Part shown: positions 10,165-20,331 of the stretch, in pieces
Layout: every line of letters starts with the position of its first letter
How positions within the stretch are numbered: the first letter of the stretch is position 1
DNA from: Candidatus Krumholzibacteriia bacterium
GTDB lineage: Bacteria > Krumholzibacteriota > Krumholzibacteriia > JAJRXK01
Direction: 5' to 3'
Assembly (NCBI GenBank): GCA_041484665.1
Contig: JBGPIA010000001.1
Location: forward strand, 480,001-544,000
Length of the DNA stretch: 64,000 bases
Notes under the pieces: model-generated
Told to the model about the DNA's origin: nothing
What the model saw: the letters and a program-made list of their open reading frames with translations, nothing else
Databases searched by the model: none
Program-made: the position numbers and the translations under genes

Positions 10165-10565
10165 ACTGTTTCCCCCATCGTTGGTTCGATCGCGAAGGCC
10201 GTACGATTCGGGGGACGCTGGCGCGCGCGCGCCGGCACCCTCCGCAGAATGGGGTGGCAAACAGCATGGGCCTCGCGGCTGGGGGAGCAGCCCAAGGCAG
10301 GGATTCGTGATCGGGATCGCTACCTGGAGCGAAAGACTCAGCGATCCCTCAGGTGCGTCGAGTCTTCACGAAAGAGTGGAGGGCCAGGTGGGGGAGCACG
10401 CGCGCGCAGGCTTGCGATGGGTGGGGGTGGCTCGCAAGACCACTGGACGGCGGTGGGGTGGCACAGACCCGCATGCTATCTGCCACACAGGTTGCGCCGG
10501 GGGATCTCAACCTATGGATACGGAGACTCCCTGTCCCGGGTTGCACCGGGAGACGTGACGCCGCT

Positions 10566-11585
10566 GTGAAACTCCAGAGCATCGTGGCGGAAGCCGATGC
10601 CGGGCGTCGCCTGGACCGCTTCGTCCAGGCGGCGCTGGGTAACGTGCCGCCGTCCCTGGTCCAGCGTCTCCTGCGCGAGGGGAAGGTGCGCCTCAACGCC
10701 GGGCGGGGTCGGCCGGGCGACCGCATCGTGGCCGGCGATGAAGTGGTGATCCATCACCAGCCCCGCCCGGCGGACGCGGTGCGCGCTGCCCGCCCCGGCC
10801 CGTCGCCGCCCCACAGCGGGCAACCCCCGCTGGACTCCGCCGCGCCGCTGCGGGGCCCCCTCCCCGCTGTGCTCTATGAAAACGCCCGCTTCCTGCTGGT
10901 GGACAAGCCGGCGGGGTTGCCGTGCCACGCGCCGGCCGGCGCTGGCCCGTCGGTCCTGGCGTGGGCCGCGCAACGGTACGCGCCGGGTATCGCGTCGGGC
11001 CGTGTGCGCCCGGCGCTGGCGAATCGCCTGGACAAGGATACGACGGGGATCGTGGTGATCGCGCTCAGCGCCGCGGCGGTCGCCGACTTCCAGCGGCTGT
11101 TGGCCCAGGGGCGTGTGACGAAGACCTACCTGGTGGCCGTCTGGGGGACGCCTCCTGCCGATGCCTGGCGGATCGAGCTGCCGCTGGTGCGACGTCCCCA
11201 TGGCCCTCGCACTGCGCCGAAGGTCGTGGCCGCTGCAGACGCGCCGGGGGCGCGCGCGTCGTGCACCGCGCTGCGCGTGCTGGCCCGGGGGACGCACGCC
11301 GCGCTGCTGGCGGCTACGCCCGTCACGGGCCGTACCCACCAGATCCGGGCGCATCTGAAGGCTGCCGGGCTGCCCATCGTCGGCGATCCCCGTTACGGCG
11401 ACCCGTCCCGCGACCGCACCCAAGGGGTCGCTGCGCTGCTCCGCCGGCAGCTGCTGCATGCGGCGCTGCTCGCCTTCACGGACGGTGACCGGCCCGTGCG
11501 CGCCGCCGCGCCGCTGCCCGGCGACGCCCGGGCGGCGCTGGCGCGGCTGGGTCTGCCTGCTGCGGATCCGGAGCTATTGGGTTGA
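10566..11585 (+). CDS. RluA-family (RluC/RluD-like) pseudouridine synthase
   Basis: S4 domain (AGRRLDRFV...LLREGKVRLN), VDKPAGLPCH, catalytic NRLDKDTTG, TGRTHQIRAHL, PIVGDPRYG, LLHA; GTG start at 10566 chosen. Confidence 0.93.
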   Translation: MKLQSIVAEADAGRRLDRFVQAALGNVPPSLVQRLLREGKVRLNAGRGRPGDRIVAGDEVVIHHQPRPADAVRAARPGPSPPHSGQPPLDSAAPLRGPLPAVLYENARFLLVDKPAGLPCHAPAGAGPSVLAWAAQRYAPGIASGRVRPALANRLDKDTTGIVVIALSAAAVADFQRLLAQGRVTKTYLVAVWGTPPADAWRIELPLVRRPHGPRTAPKVVAAADAPGARASCTALRVLARGTHAALLAATPVTGRTHQIRAHLKAAGLPIVGDPRYGDPSRDRTQGVAALLRRQLLHAALLAFTDGDRPVRAAAPLPGDARAALARLGLPAADPELLG

Positions 11586-13952
11586 GAGATGCCAGCGCTC
11601 GCGCAGGATCCACAGCAGTGCGCTGCGCAGATCGCCGAGGTCGAACGCCAGCGGGTGGAAGCCCCAGAGGTAGTCCTCCGCGCCGGGGAGTTGCTTGGTC
11701 TGCGCGTAAACCGTGCTGGCGATGGCGACCGGGGCGTGGTCGAGCGACGAGACGAGCCGGTGCTCCGGGAAGCAGAGTGAATCCGGTCGATCCACCCAGC
11801 CCTCCTCGCGGCGCGCCCGCAGCCGGTACATCGTCTGCTGACAGCTGCGTACGCTGAGGCTCACATCCCGGCGCGTGACGTTGGCGTTGTAGAACTCCTC
11901 GCGGTCGAACTGGTAGTAGGCGATCGTCTGCCCGAACTGCGCATCGCGCTCGGAGGTCGGGCGCAAGTCGTTCACCTCCCCGCGCGCGCTCGGGTACGCA
12001 TTGAGGAAGTCGTCATCGACCACGGCGCGCACCATCGCGTCACACTCCCTGGTCCGCAGCCGGCCGGCGCCGATGAGCTCACCAAAGATCTGACCGGGCG
12101 CGGGGCGAACCGAGTCGATTGCCTCGAGACACCAGGCGGTGTAGGGGTAGCGCAGCGTTCCCCGGTTGAAGGTTGAGCCGTCGACGGACAGGGCGGTACC
12201 AAAGCCCAGGTCACCGCCGTCCGGGACGTTGAACACCACGGGCAGGCGCCAGACGGGCGGATTGAACTCGATCGTCCCATTCATCGATTGCGGACCGCAG
12301 AACAGCACGTTGCCCACGCGCGCCTGGTAGACCTCGAACCAGTTGTAGCGCGTCGCCGTCGTGCTGAGGGGCGCCAGCAACTCGTGGAACTGGGTCTTGA
12401 AGTCGCTGCCCTTGTTGAAGTAGATGACGCCCTTGTAGTTGTTCAGCCGGCGGAAGGTGAAGCCCGTGGGGTCGTCGTGGGTGTCCAGCACGTCGGTGCC
12501 CCGGTCGAAGTTGGTCACCCGCCCCAGCAGTAGGGAGTTCCACCGGTCGTCCCACTTGCGCTCCAGGTTGCTCTCCAGCGCGGTGTTCCCCCGCGGCCAG
12601 TCCTGCACCAGCAGCAGATCACGCTGCTCATCGCGCCGCGCGACCTGGATGACATCGAACTGGAAGATGGCGCGCGTGACGGTCCCAGAGTTGTCCCGCA
12701 CCTGCACCACAAAATTCGGCGTGCCCTGCCCGAAGGACCTGGGGTTCGCCCGCCGATAGAGTTCTCCCAGGCCCCAGCCCACGGCCCAGCCCGGGTCGTT
12801 GGAATCGTTGTAGTCCTGCACCTCCCAGCCGTAGCGGAAGGCCTCGACGATCCCGGCGTAGGAGCTGGCGCCGGCGGTCCACGAGAACTGCAACGGCTGG
12901 CCGCTGACGATCTCGAAGGACTGGATCGTCCCCGGGCCGGAGAAATCGAAGGTCCCCAGGAACGGCTCGCTCACGGTCAGGAGCGGCCGGTTGCCGTCGG
13001 CGATCTGTACGTGGCGCACGTTCTCCCCCCACTCCAGCGTCGGGGTCACGGCGCCGGCGACGTCCTTCGCCTGGACGGCGAAGAAGAAGCTGCGCAGGAG
13101 GTCCTGGCGCCGCAGGGTTACGATCCGGCCGCTGTCCTGCGCTGCCCGGTACGGAATCCACGGGCTCCAGAGCGCGTCGGGCACGCTGGCCAGGGGATTC
13201 TCGCGCTCGTACTGCGTGCGCGTGTAGCAGCCTGGGACTTCATAGAGCAGGTAGCGCACCGACGCCGGCTCGAGGTTGGCGGCGTCGGGGTCCTGTCCGG
13301 TCCAGCCGAACGTGAGCACGCGGGCGGCGCTGACGCAGGACGTGGTCGTCTGCGCTGCAGGGATGTCGATGGCGATGATCGGGGTGAGCGTGGTGGCCGT
13401 GAAGCTCACCGTGGCCGGTGTAGGGTCGCCGACCCCATCGTTGTCCACCGCGCGCAGGAAGAAGGTGTGGGTCTGCCAGGCGCGGTAGCTGTGGGGATCC
13501 TGCCGGGGATCGGCGACGTCGATCGAGAAGGAGTCGAGGTCGGCCTGCACGACGAAGACCGAGTCGGTGACGGCCGTGCGGTGCCAGCGCAACCCCAGTG
13601 TGTCCGTTACGTCGACCTTGCCGTCGCGACCGTTGTTGCTGATGCGCCACTGGAAGTGGTCGATCCAGCCGTCGCGATCGGACCCGGTCCAGAAGAAGTG
13701 GACGGTGAATTCGGTCTGGGCCAGGACGGGCGGAGTGCCGGTCACGCGGCTGTCGGGGGCGGCATCGGGCACCACCGTCCCCATGAACGTGGAGTCGCCC
13801 CCGCATCCGGCGGCCAGCAGCGACGCCACGATTCCCAGCGCCAGGCAGAGCGCGGGCGTTGCGCCGGCTTTGCGGACGCAGGCGGTCGCTCCCTGGCGGT
13901 GCGAGTGTGCGGGGGAATGACTACAGGTCGCTCTTGCGCTCCCAGACCCCAT
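11574..13952 (-). CDS. Large hypothetical lipoprotein with Ig/fibronectin-like repeats (start uncertain)
   Basis: Lipobox LLAAGC; repeated W.G.D.D and F.V.A.D..G..DPTPA beta-sandwich motifs; coherent non-shadow composition. Confidence 0.85.
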   Translation of the reverse strand: MGSGSARATCSHSPAHSHRQGATACVRKAGATPALCLALGIVASLLAAGCGGDSTFMGTVVPDAAPDSRVTGTPPVLAQTEFTVHFFWTGSDRDGWIDHFQWRISNNGRDGKVDVTDTLGLRWHRTAVTDSVFVVQADLDSFSIDVADPRQDPHSYRAWQTHTFFLRAVDNDGVGDPTPATVSFTATTLTPIIAIDIPAAQTTTSCVSAARVLTFGWTGQDPDAANLEPASVRYLLYEVPGCYTRTQYERENPLASVPDALWSPWIPYRAAQDSGRIVTLRRQDLLRSFFFAVQAKDVAGAVTPTLEWGENVRHVQIADGNRPLLTVSEPFLGTFDFSGPGTIQSFEIVSGQPLQFSWTAGASSYAGIVEAFRYGWEVQDYNDSNDPGWAVGWGLGELYRRANPRSFGQGTPNFVVQVRDNSGTVTRAIFQFDVIQVARRDEQRDLLLVQDWPRGNTALESNLERKWDDRWNSLLLGRVTNFDRGTDVLDTHDDPTGFTFRRLNNYKGVIYFNKGSDFKTQFHELLAPLSTTATRYNWFEVYQARVGNVLFCGPQSMNGTIEFNPPVWRLPVVFNVPDGGDLGFGTALSVDGSTFNRGTLRYPYTAWCLEAIDSVRPAPGQIFGELIGAGRLRTRECDAMVRAVVDDDFLNAYPSARGEVNDLRPTSERDAQFGQTIAYYQFDREEFYNANVTRRDVSLSVRSCQQTMYRLRARREEGWVDRPDSLCFPEHRLVSSLDHAPVAIASTVYAQTKQLPGAEDYLWGFHPLAFDLGDLRSALLWILRERWHLSTQ

Positions 13953-14130
13953 TCGCGCTCTCGAAGTACTCGCCGCGCAACGCCTCCCAGGCGAGGGTCT
14001 CCGCTCGCGCGGTATCGCCACTCGTCTGCTGGAGCGCCCTGCGATAGGCTTCACGGAAGAGTTCTTGTCCCTGCAGGGGCACGTTGTCCAGCACGATCCT
14101 GGGAAGGTCGGAGAACATCCGGTGTACCAT
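13921..14130 (-). CDS. chaB: ChaB family protein
   Basis: GAGGAGG RBS; SDLP...VP..GQELFREAY..A...AETLAWEALRGEY....GVW matches the ChaB pattern. Confidence 0.85.
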   Translation of the reverse strand: MVHRMFSDLPRIVLDNVPLQGQELFREAYRRALQQTSGDTARAETLAWEALRGEYFESANGVWERKSDL

Positions 14131-14416
14131 CGCGCGCCTCCTCTGGTGACGGAATGCGCTCACGCGGCGGGCCGGAACACCCGAGAAACGGGAGTGGGGG
14201 CCCGCTTCCTCGTGCAATGAGTACGAAACCGGCCGCCGTCGCGCCAGCCTCCCGTTGTTGTGCCCGCACCGGTCGGGATGCTAGGGTCAGTTTTTCGCCG
14301 GCCCGGCCCGCCCCATCCTCCCGGGCAAACCCAGTTCCCCAGTGCCCGACCCCTGCCCCCGGCCGGGCGCGCGCGGTTGCGCGCGGGGTCAGAAGGGCTG
14401 CGCCGTGCTCTTCCGG

Positions 14417-15784
14417 ATGCTCCGTGGCGGCCGCGCGTCCGCCTTCTCCCCGGGCGTGATCGCACCCACCTTGCTGCTGGCCACCGCTCCCGTGGGAGCC
14501 GCTCCGTTCGAGGCGGGGAGCGTCCAGGAACACGCGCTCGCCAATGGGATGAAGGTGATCCTTTGCCCGGACCCCTCGATCCCCAATCTCGCGATCTACA
14601 CGTTCTGGCGGGTGGGGAGCCGCAACGAGGCTCCGGGGATCACGGGGTTGGCCCATTTCTTCGAGCACATGATGTTCAACGGGTCGCGCAACGTCCCGCC
14701 CGGCGAGTTCGATCGGCGGATGGAGGCGGCTGGCGGGTCGAACAACGCGTACACGAGCAACGACGTGACGGTGTACCAGGACTGGGTCCCCGCCTCCGCC
14801 CTGGATCTGACGCTGGACCTGGAGCGCGATCGCATCGGTTGGCTCTCGGTGGACCCGAAGCTGGTCGAGAGCGAGCGGGGCGTGGTCATGAGCGAGCGCC
14901 GCCGCACCGTGGAGGACGACAACTACAATCTCATGCACGAGCAGCTCCACGCCGCCGCGTTCATGGCGCACCCCTACCAGTGGCCCGTGATCGGCTGGCG
15001 CAGCGATATCCAGAGCTGGCGCCAGGAGGACGTCGAGGCATTCCACCGCAGCTGGTACGCCCCCAACAACGCCACACTGGTGCTCGTCGGCGCCTTCGAC
15101 CCCGGCAAGGCGCTGGCTCTGCTGCAGCAGAAGCTGGGATCGATCCCCGGACGGGAGCTGCCGCGGGGCGTCGTCACGGTGGAGCCGGAGCAACACGGGG
15201 AGCGGCGCGTCGAGCTGCGCAAGCAAGCCGGGCTGTGGAGCGTGCTGGCGGGCTTTCACGTGTCCGCGACCGTGGAGGCGGACACGCGCGTCCTGGAGCT
15301 GATCGACCTGATCCTGGCGAAAGGCGAGAGCAGCCGTCTGTACCGCAGGCTCGTGGACCACGACCAGCTCGCCCTGGAGGTCGACTGCGAGCTCGGCCTG
15401 AACTTCGATCCAGGGCTCTACACGATCCTGGTCGAGGGGCGCGAGGGCGTGCAGGGGACGCCGATGGAGGCGGCGCTCTACCAGGAGCTCGCGCGCCTGG
15501 GCAGCGAGGCGGTCTCCGACCGCGAGCTGCGCAAGGCCAAGAACATCCGCCTCGCGCACTTCTATGAGGGGATTGCCACGATCAGCGGCAAGGCAGAGGC
15601 GCTGGGCGTGTACGAGCTCTTCCACGGCGGGTGGCGGTCGCTATTCGGCGCAGCCGCCGAGTACGAGTCCGTGACCGCCGCGGACGTACTGCGCGTGGCG
15701 CGGGCGTACCTGCGCCCGGAGAACCGCACGGTGGTGACGCTGATTCCCACCGATCCGGCCAAGGGGGCGGAGGATGCGCGTTGA
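14417..15784 (+). CDS. M16 family zinc peptidase, catalytic subunit
   Basis: VGSRNEAPGITGLAHFFEHMMFNGS (HxxEH), NAYTSNDVT, ERGVVMSERR, HPYQWPVIGW, YAPNNATLVLVG. Confidence 0.95.
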   Translation: MLRGGRASAFSPGVIAPTLLLATAPVGAAPFEAGSVQEHALANGMKVILCPDPSIPNLAIYTFWRVGSRNEAPGITGLAHFFEHMMFNGSRNVPPGEFDRRMEAAGGSNNAYTSNDVTVYQDWVPASALDLTLDLERDRIGWLSVDPKLVESERGVVMSERRRTVEDDNYNLMHEQLHAAAFMAHPYQWPVIGWRSDIQSWRQEDVEAFHRSWYAPNNATLVLVGAFDPGKALALLQQKLGSIPGRELPRGVVTVEPEQHGERRVELRKQAGLWSVLAGFHVSATVEADTRVLELIDLILAKGESSRLYRRLVDHDQLALEVDCELGLNFDPGLYTILVEGREGVQGTPMEAALYQELARLGSEAVSDRELRKAKNIRLAHFYEGIATISGKAEALGVYELFHGGWRSLFGAAAEYESVTAADVLRVARAYLRPENRTVVTLIPTDPAKGAEDAR

Positions 15785-17300
15785 GGGAGCACGGAACGGC
15801 GGCAGGCCAGCCGGCGCGCCGTCGATCGGCCGGCAGTCCTGGAGCGCGGCGCTGGAGGGCGCGCAGTCGGGCCTGCGCGGATCCGGGGACCGGCGTCCGC
15901 ACCGCGCGCGGTGGGCCTGCGGGGCGCTGGCGCTGGGAGCGGCGATGCTGACCCAGGCGGCGCACGCCGCGGACGCCCCCGCGTTGCGGCTGCCCCCGTT
16001 CAAGGACGTCACGCTGCGCAACGGGCTGCGCCTGCTGGTGGCGGAGCGGCGCAACGTGCCGCTGGTCAGCCTGGAGCTGTGGATCGAGGCGGGCGCTGCG
16101 CTCGACCCCCCGGGGAAGGAGGGGCTGGCGTCGCTGACGGCGGACGCCCTGCGCAAGGGCGCCGGGTCCCATGACGCGGCGGCCTTCGCCGAGGCGCTGG
16201 ATTTCCTCGGCGCGAACCTCTCGACAACGGTGGATCACGTCAACGCCGTGCTGCAGTTGGAGCTCTTGTCGAAGGACTTCGACGCCGGCCTGGCGCTGCT
16301 CGGGGACGCTGTCGTGCGCCCGCAGCTGCCGGCCGACGAGATCGCCAAGCTCGCCGCGCAGATGGCCGACGCCGTGGTCCAGGCCAAGGACAATCCGCGG
16401 CTGATGATCAACGAGTACTTCCGGGCATTCTTGTACGGAGACCATCCGCTGGGCAATCCGGTGAACGGCACGGAGCACGGCGCGGCCTCGATCACGCGCG
16501 CGGACGCCGAGCGCTTCTACCGCGCGCACTACGGCAGCGACCGCGCGATCCTCGCGGTCGTGGGCGACGTGCGCGCCGACGAGGTGGCGGCCAAGGTGGA
16601 GGCGGCCTTCGCGGCCCTGCCCCGCGCCACCGCCGTGCGCCTCGCGCTGGAGCCGCCGGCACGCCCGGACCGATCGCGCGTGCTGCTGGTGAACAAACCG
16701 GACACTCCGCAGACCTGGTTCCAGATCGGCGGCCTGGGCCCCGCTTGGGGCGATCCGGACTATGCGGCCAGCGAGGTCGTCAGGACGGTACTGGGGGGTC
16801 GCTTCACGAGCTGGCTCAACACCGCGCTGCGCATTGAGAGCGGGCTGACGTATGGGGCGACCTGGGGCGTGCTGCGCAGCAAGGTGGCCGGCCCCTCACG
16901 ACTTTCGAGCTTCACGGCGACCGAACACACGCAGCAGGCCATCGATCTGGCCTTGGCGCAACTCGCGCGGCTGCACCGTGACGGCATCGACGAGCCGGCG
17001 TTGGCCGCGGCCAAGTCCTACCTGAAGGGACAGCTCCCCTACGACTACGAGACCGGGCGCGATCTTGCGTCGGCGCTGTGCCTGACCTCCTACTACGGCC
17101 TCGGCCGGCAGTTCGTGGACGGCCTGTTCGCCGGCATCGACGCGGTGGACACGGCCGCCTGCCGCGTAGCCATCGCGCGCGACTTCCCGGTGGAGAAGCT
17201 CGTATTCGCGACCATCGGGGTGGCGGACAAGGTGCGCGAGGTGCTGGCCCGCTACGGCGAGGTGACGGTGCGGGAGAACGCGGCCGAAGGCTTCCGCTGA
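15774..17300 (+). CDS. M16 family peptidase, non-catalytic partner subunit
   Basis: LRNGLRLLV, DPPGKEGLASLTA (no HxxEH), YGDHPLG, LGGRFTSWLNTALRIESGLTYG; overlaps the upstream M16 gene. Confidence 0.92.
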   Translation: MRVEGARNGGRPAGAPSIGRQSWSAALEGAQSGLRGSGDRRPHRARWACGALALGAAMLTQAAHAADAPALRLPPFKDVTLRNGLRLLVAERRNVPLVSLELWIEAGAALDPPGKEGLASLTADALRKGAGSHDAAAFAEALDFLGANLSTTVDHVNAVLQLELLSKDFDAGLALLGDAVVRPQLPADEIAKLAAQMADAVVQAKDNPRLMINEYFRAFLYGDHPLGNPVNGTEHGAASITRADAERFYRAHYGSDRAILAVVGDVRADEVAAKVEAAFAALPRATAVRLALEPPARPDRSRVLLVNKPDTPQTWFQIGGLGPAWGDPDYAASEVVRTVLGGRFTSWLNTALRIESGLTYGATWGVLRSKVAGPSRLSSFTATEHTQQAIDLALAQLARLHRDGIDEPALAAAKSYLKGQLPYDYETGRDLASALCLTSYYGLGRQFVDGLFAGIDAVDTAACRVAIARDFPVEKLVFATIGVADKVREVLARYGEVTVRENAAEGFR

Positions 17301-17361
17301 GCCGCCCGCTCTCCCGCCTCTGCTGAGTTGCTGCAGGACGTGCGGGCGAACCGTGCACGGC

Positions 17362-17410
17362 GGGCGGCATGGGCGGCATGGGCAGCGCGGGTGGCGCGGG
17401 TGGCGCGGGC
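17362..17410. repeat. Degenerate 9-bp tandem repeat (about 5 copies), intergenic
   Basis: GGGCGGCAT GGGCGGCAT GGGCAGCGC GGGTGGCGC GGGTGGCGC GGGC. Confidence 0.7.
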
Positions 17411-17436
17411 CGCTCGTGGCCGGAACGGGCCGCGCC

Positions 17437-17901
17437 TCAGGCGCTTCCGCCGCCCGGGCGCGGGATCGGGAGGGGATGGCCCCCCGGGTCCACGTTCACG
17501 TAGACCACGTCGGCCTGTGTTACCAGCACGCTGGCGTCGCTCTCGGTGCGACGCTCCGACTCCACGGTCACGCGCACCGTGAGCGAGGTGCGCCCGACGC
17601 GCAGGATTTCGGTGTAGAAGCTCACGAGGTCGCCCACGTAGACCGGATGGTGGAACTCCACCTTGTTCATCGCCGCCGTCACGACGCGGGTGCACCCCAG
17701 ACGGTGCGCCTCGACCGCGCCGGCCTGGTCGATGTGGCTGAGGATGATCCCGCCGAAGATCGTTCCCCAGGCGTTGGTGTCGCGGGGCATCATCAGCACC
17801 CGGATGGCGGGCATCCGCGGGGCCGGTGCACGTCCGGCGCCGGGCTCAGCGCGACCGCGCGCGCGACCGGAAGCGGAGGAGCCGGGGGTTCGACCGTCCA
17901 T
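17437..17901 (-). CDS. Acyl-CoA thioesterase (hotdog fold, YciA-like)
   Basis: MMPRDTNAWGTIFGGIILSHIDQAG, VVTAAMNKVEFHHPVYVGD, VGRTSLTV, YVNVD. Confidence 0.93.
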   Translation of the reverse strand: MDGRTPGSSASGRARGRAEPGAGRAPAPRMPAIRVLMMPRDTNAWGTIFGGIILSHIDQAGAVEAHRLGCTRVVTAAMNKVEFHHPVYVGDLVSFYTEILRVGRTSLTVRVTVESERRTESDASVLVTQADVVYVNVDPGGHPLPIPRPGGGSA

Positions 17902-18075
17902 GATCCGAGGTCCCTTCGGGGTCGGGCTACCCTAGAGCGGGGGCGCGGATCTGGCAAGCCGCCGCCGGACGGCCTACACTGTCCCGCCGCTCCCTTGGAA
18001 TCGCACCTCGCGCGGGATGGCACGCAACCCGCGGCCCGATCCGGTCTCCGGCGCGGCCGCAGCCAGGAGGCATCC

Positions 18076-18558
18076 GTGGCAAAGCTCGAGGCCGGCCTCA
18101 AGGCGCCGGCGTTCCGGCTCAAGGACGGCGGCGGCGCCTGGGTGAGCCTGAAGGATGACATCCTCGGCAGCCGCGCGGTGATCTACTTCTACCCGAAGGA
18201 CGACACGCCGGGCTGCACCAAGGAGGCGTGCAGCTTCCGCGACCACTCCGCGGAGCTGCGCAAGCGCAGGGTGAAGGTCTACGGCATCAGCGCGGATACG
18301 GAGGCGAGCCACCAGAAGTTCGCGGCGAAGTACACCCTGCGCTTCCCCCTGCTCTGCGACCCGGGACACGTGGTCGCCCGCGCCTACGGCGCGTACGGCG
18401 AGAAGACCATGTACGGCAAGAAGGTGACGGGGGTGATCCGCAGCACGATCCTGCTGGAGGGGGACGGCCGCATCGCGCACATCTGGCGTAAGGTGGACAC
18501 CGCGCGTCACGCGCAGGAGATCCTCACCAAGCTGGACGAGCTCGACGCGCGCGCCTAG
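18076..18558 (+). CDS. bcp: BCP-type peroxiredoxin (CxxxxC, 2-Cys)
   Basis: AGGAGG RBS, GTG start; YFYPKDDTPGCTKEACSFRD, GISAD..SHQKF..KY.L.FPLL.D, RST. Confidence 0.95.
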   Translation: MAKLEAGLKAPAFRLKDGGGAWVSLKDDILGSRAVIYFYPKDDTPGCTKEACSFRDHSAELRKRRVKVYGISADTEASHQKFAAKYTLRFPLLCDPGHVVARAYGAYGEKTMYGKKVTGVIRSTILLEGDGRIAHIWRKVDTARHAQEILTKLDELDARA

Positions 18559-19412
18559 GACCGGGGCGTCGGCGCGGCGGCGAGCTGCAGCAGCTCGTAG
18601 CAGCCCGTGATGAGCGCCTCGCGCAGGCAAGGCACCGACGCGAGCACGCCGGCGCCCACCACCGGGAGCCCGTAGCGCAGCCGGAACGTCGGGCGCAGCA
18701 GGTAGTGCTCGGCCGCGGCCACGCGCAATCCGTGGCGTAGCGCGCTCTCGCGCAGTGCGCGCAGCGTGAGGCGCGCGCGCCGGACCGACATGACCTCCTC
18801 CCACTGCGGATCGTCGGCTCCGTCGCGGCCAGCGGCCAGCGCGCGCAGCCACGGCTGCGGCAGCCAGTGCACGAACGGCAGCTTGGCCCAGCGCACGCCC
18901 AGCCGGCGCGGCGGGTGGAGCGTCTGCTGGTGCCCCCCGTAGGGCGAGAGGTACGGAGGGAAGTCCACGACGATGCTCCCGCCGGGCGCGAGGCGCGCGA
19001 CGGTCTCGTGCAGCGCGGCGTCCCGGTCGGGGACGTGCTCGAGCACGTCGCGGAACAGGACCAGGTCGTACGACAGCGGCAGCCCCTGCAGCGACTGCGG
19101 CCGCGTGATGTCGCCGGCGACCAAGGTCAGAGCCAACCCGCGGGCACGAGCGCGCTCACGAGCGCTCTCCAGCAAGCGAGGATCGAGCTCCACGCCAACC
19201 ACGTGTGCGCCGGCCTCGGCGAAGGCGCACGTTCCCCCGCCGTCGCCGCACCCCACGTCGAGCACCCGGCGGCCGGGCCCCCACACGCCCCAGCGCTCCA
19301 AGGTTGGGATCAGGTAGTCGCAGGCCAGGCGATGCTGGTACTCCCAGTAGTACTCCGTCCAGCTGGGGAAGTCGGCGGGCCGCAGCAGCGGGCGCAGCGG
19401 AGAGAGCGGCAT
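18555..19412 (-). CDS. Class I SAM-dependent methyltransferase
   Basis: VLDVGCGDGG, VVGVELD, YDLVLFRDVLEHVPD, LAPGG, FPPYLSPYGGHQQ. Confidence 0.92.
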   Translation of the reverse strand: MPLSPLRPLLRPADFPSWTEYYWEYQHRLACDYLIPTLERWGVWGPGRRVLDVGCGDGGGTCAFAEAGAHVVGVELDPRLLESARERARARGLALTLVAGDITRPQSLQGLPLSYDLVLFRDVLEHVPDRDAALHETVARLAPGGSIVVDFPPYLSPYGGHQQTLHPPRRLGVRWAKLPFVHWLPQPWLRALAAGRDGADDPQWEEVMSVRRARLTLRALRESALRHGLRVAAAEHYLLRPTFRLRYGLPVVGAGVLASVPCLREALITGCYELLQLAAAPTPRS

Positions 19413-19709
19413 GGGTGGGGGTCCTTCGTGCTCCGGGTCGGTCTGCGCGCCGCCGCGCGCTCTGGCCGGCCGGCGCCGCCCCCGCGTGCGAGCGAACGGG
19501 GCAGCATTCTAGCAGCGGCGAGCGGTGTCACGCCAATCGCGTACGCTCCACCCCGGGTGCCGCGCGCGGGGATTGCGCCGGGCGGGGGGAAGCCCGTTGC
19601 CTCCACTGCGCGCTGACGCTAGTCTGCTGGGCACAGCCGCGTGCCGGCCCGTCGCCAGGACGGCGCACGCCGTACGCTCCCACCGCAGTCGCACGCGAGG
19701 GCCGCGCCC

Positions 19710-20309
19710 ATGGACCGCCATCCGCCGTCGTCGGCGTTCGTACGCACCCGCATCGCGGAGAGCGTGGCGGTCAAGCAGGCGCTGCTCGAGCAGGCCGACG
19801 TGATCGCCGCAATGGCCGACGTCGTGGCCCAGGCGCTGCGGGCCGGGGGTAGCCTCCTGACGTTCGGAAACGGCGGAAGTGCCGCGGACGCCCAGCACAT
19901 CGCCGCCGAGCTGAGCGGGCGCTTCGCGCGCGACCGGGCGGCGCTGCCCGCCGAGGCGCTGACCGTCAACACCAGCGCGCTCACCGCGATCGCCAACGAC
20001 TTCGGCTACGACGAGGTCTTCCGGCGCCAGCTGCAAGGGCGTGCGCGCGAGGGTGACGTCGCCCTGGGAATCAGCACGAGCGGTAACAGCCGCAGCGTGC
20101 TGCTGGCGCTGGAGGAAGCGCGCGAGAGAGGGTTGTCGACGCTGGGCATGACCGGGGCGTCCGGCGGCGAGCTGCGCCGGCGCGCGCTGTGCGACCACCT
20201 GCTGACGGTCCCCAGCGACGACACCGCGCGCATCCAGGAATGCCACATCCTGGCCGGACACCTGATCTGCGAATGGGCCGAGCGGGAGCTCTTCGGCGCC
20301 GCCCCGTGA
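19710..20309 (+). CDS. gmhA: D-sedoheptulose-7-phosphate isomerase
   Basis: FGNGGSAADAQHIAAEL, TAIANDFGYDEVFRRQ, GISTSGNS, TARIQECH. Confidence 0.95.
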   Translation: MDRHPPSSAFVRTRIAESVAVKQALLEQADVIAAMADVVAQALRAGGSLLTFGNGGSAADAQHIAAELSGRFARDRAALPAEALTVNTSALTAIANDFGYDEVFRRQLQGRAREGDVALGISTSGNSRSVLLALEEARERGLSTLGMTGASGGELRRRALCDHLLTVPSDDTARIQECHILAGHLICEWAERELFGAAP

Positions 20310-20331
20310 GCGCCGCCGCGCGGGGGCCAGC

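Noticed and set aside
10355..10390. c-di-GMP-I riboswitch (CGAAAGAGTGG resemblance)
   Set aside because: Lacks the GGCAAAC and GACGCAAAG conserved segments.
17353..18558. Apparent long N-terminal extensions or fusions in the ORF track (17353-18558, 37121-39313, 43172-44212, 43708-47610, 57363-58697, 25005-26831)
   Set aside because: The upstream parts overlap other real genes or intergenic DNA; RBS, promoter position or 4-bp overlaps point to later starts.
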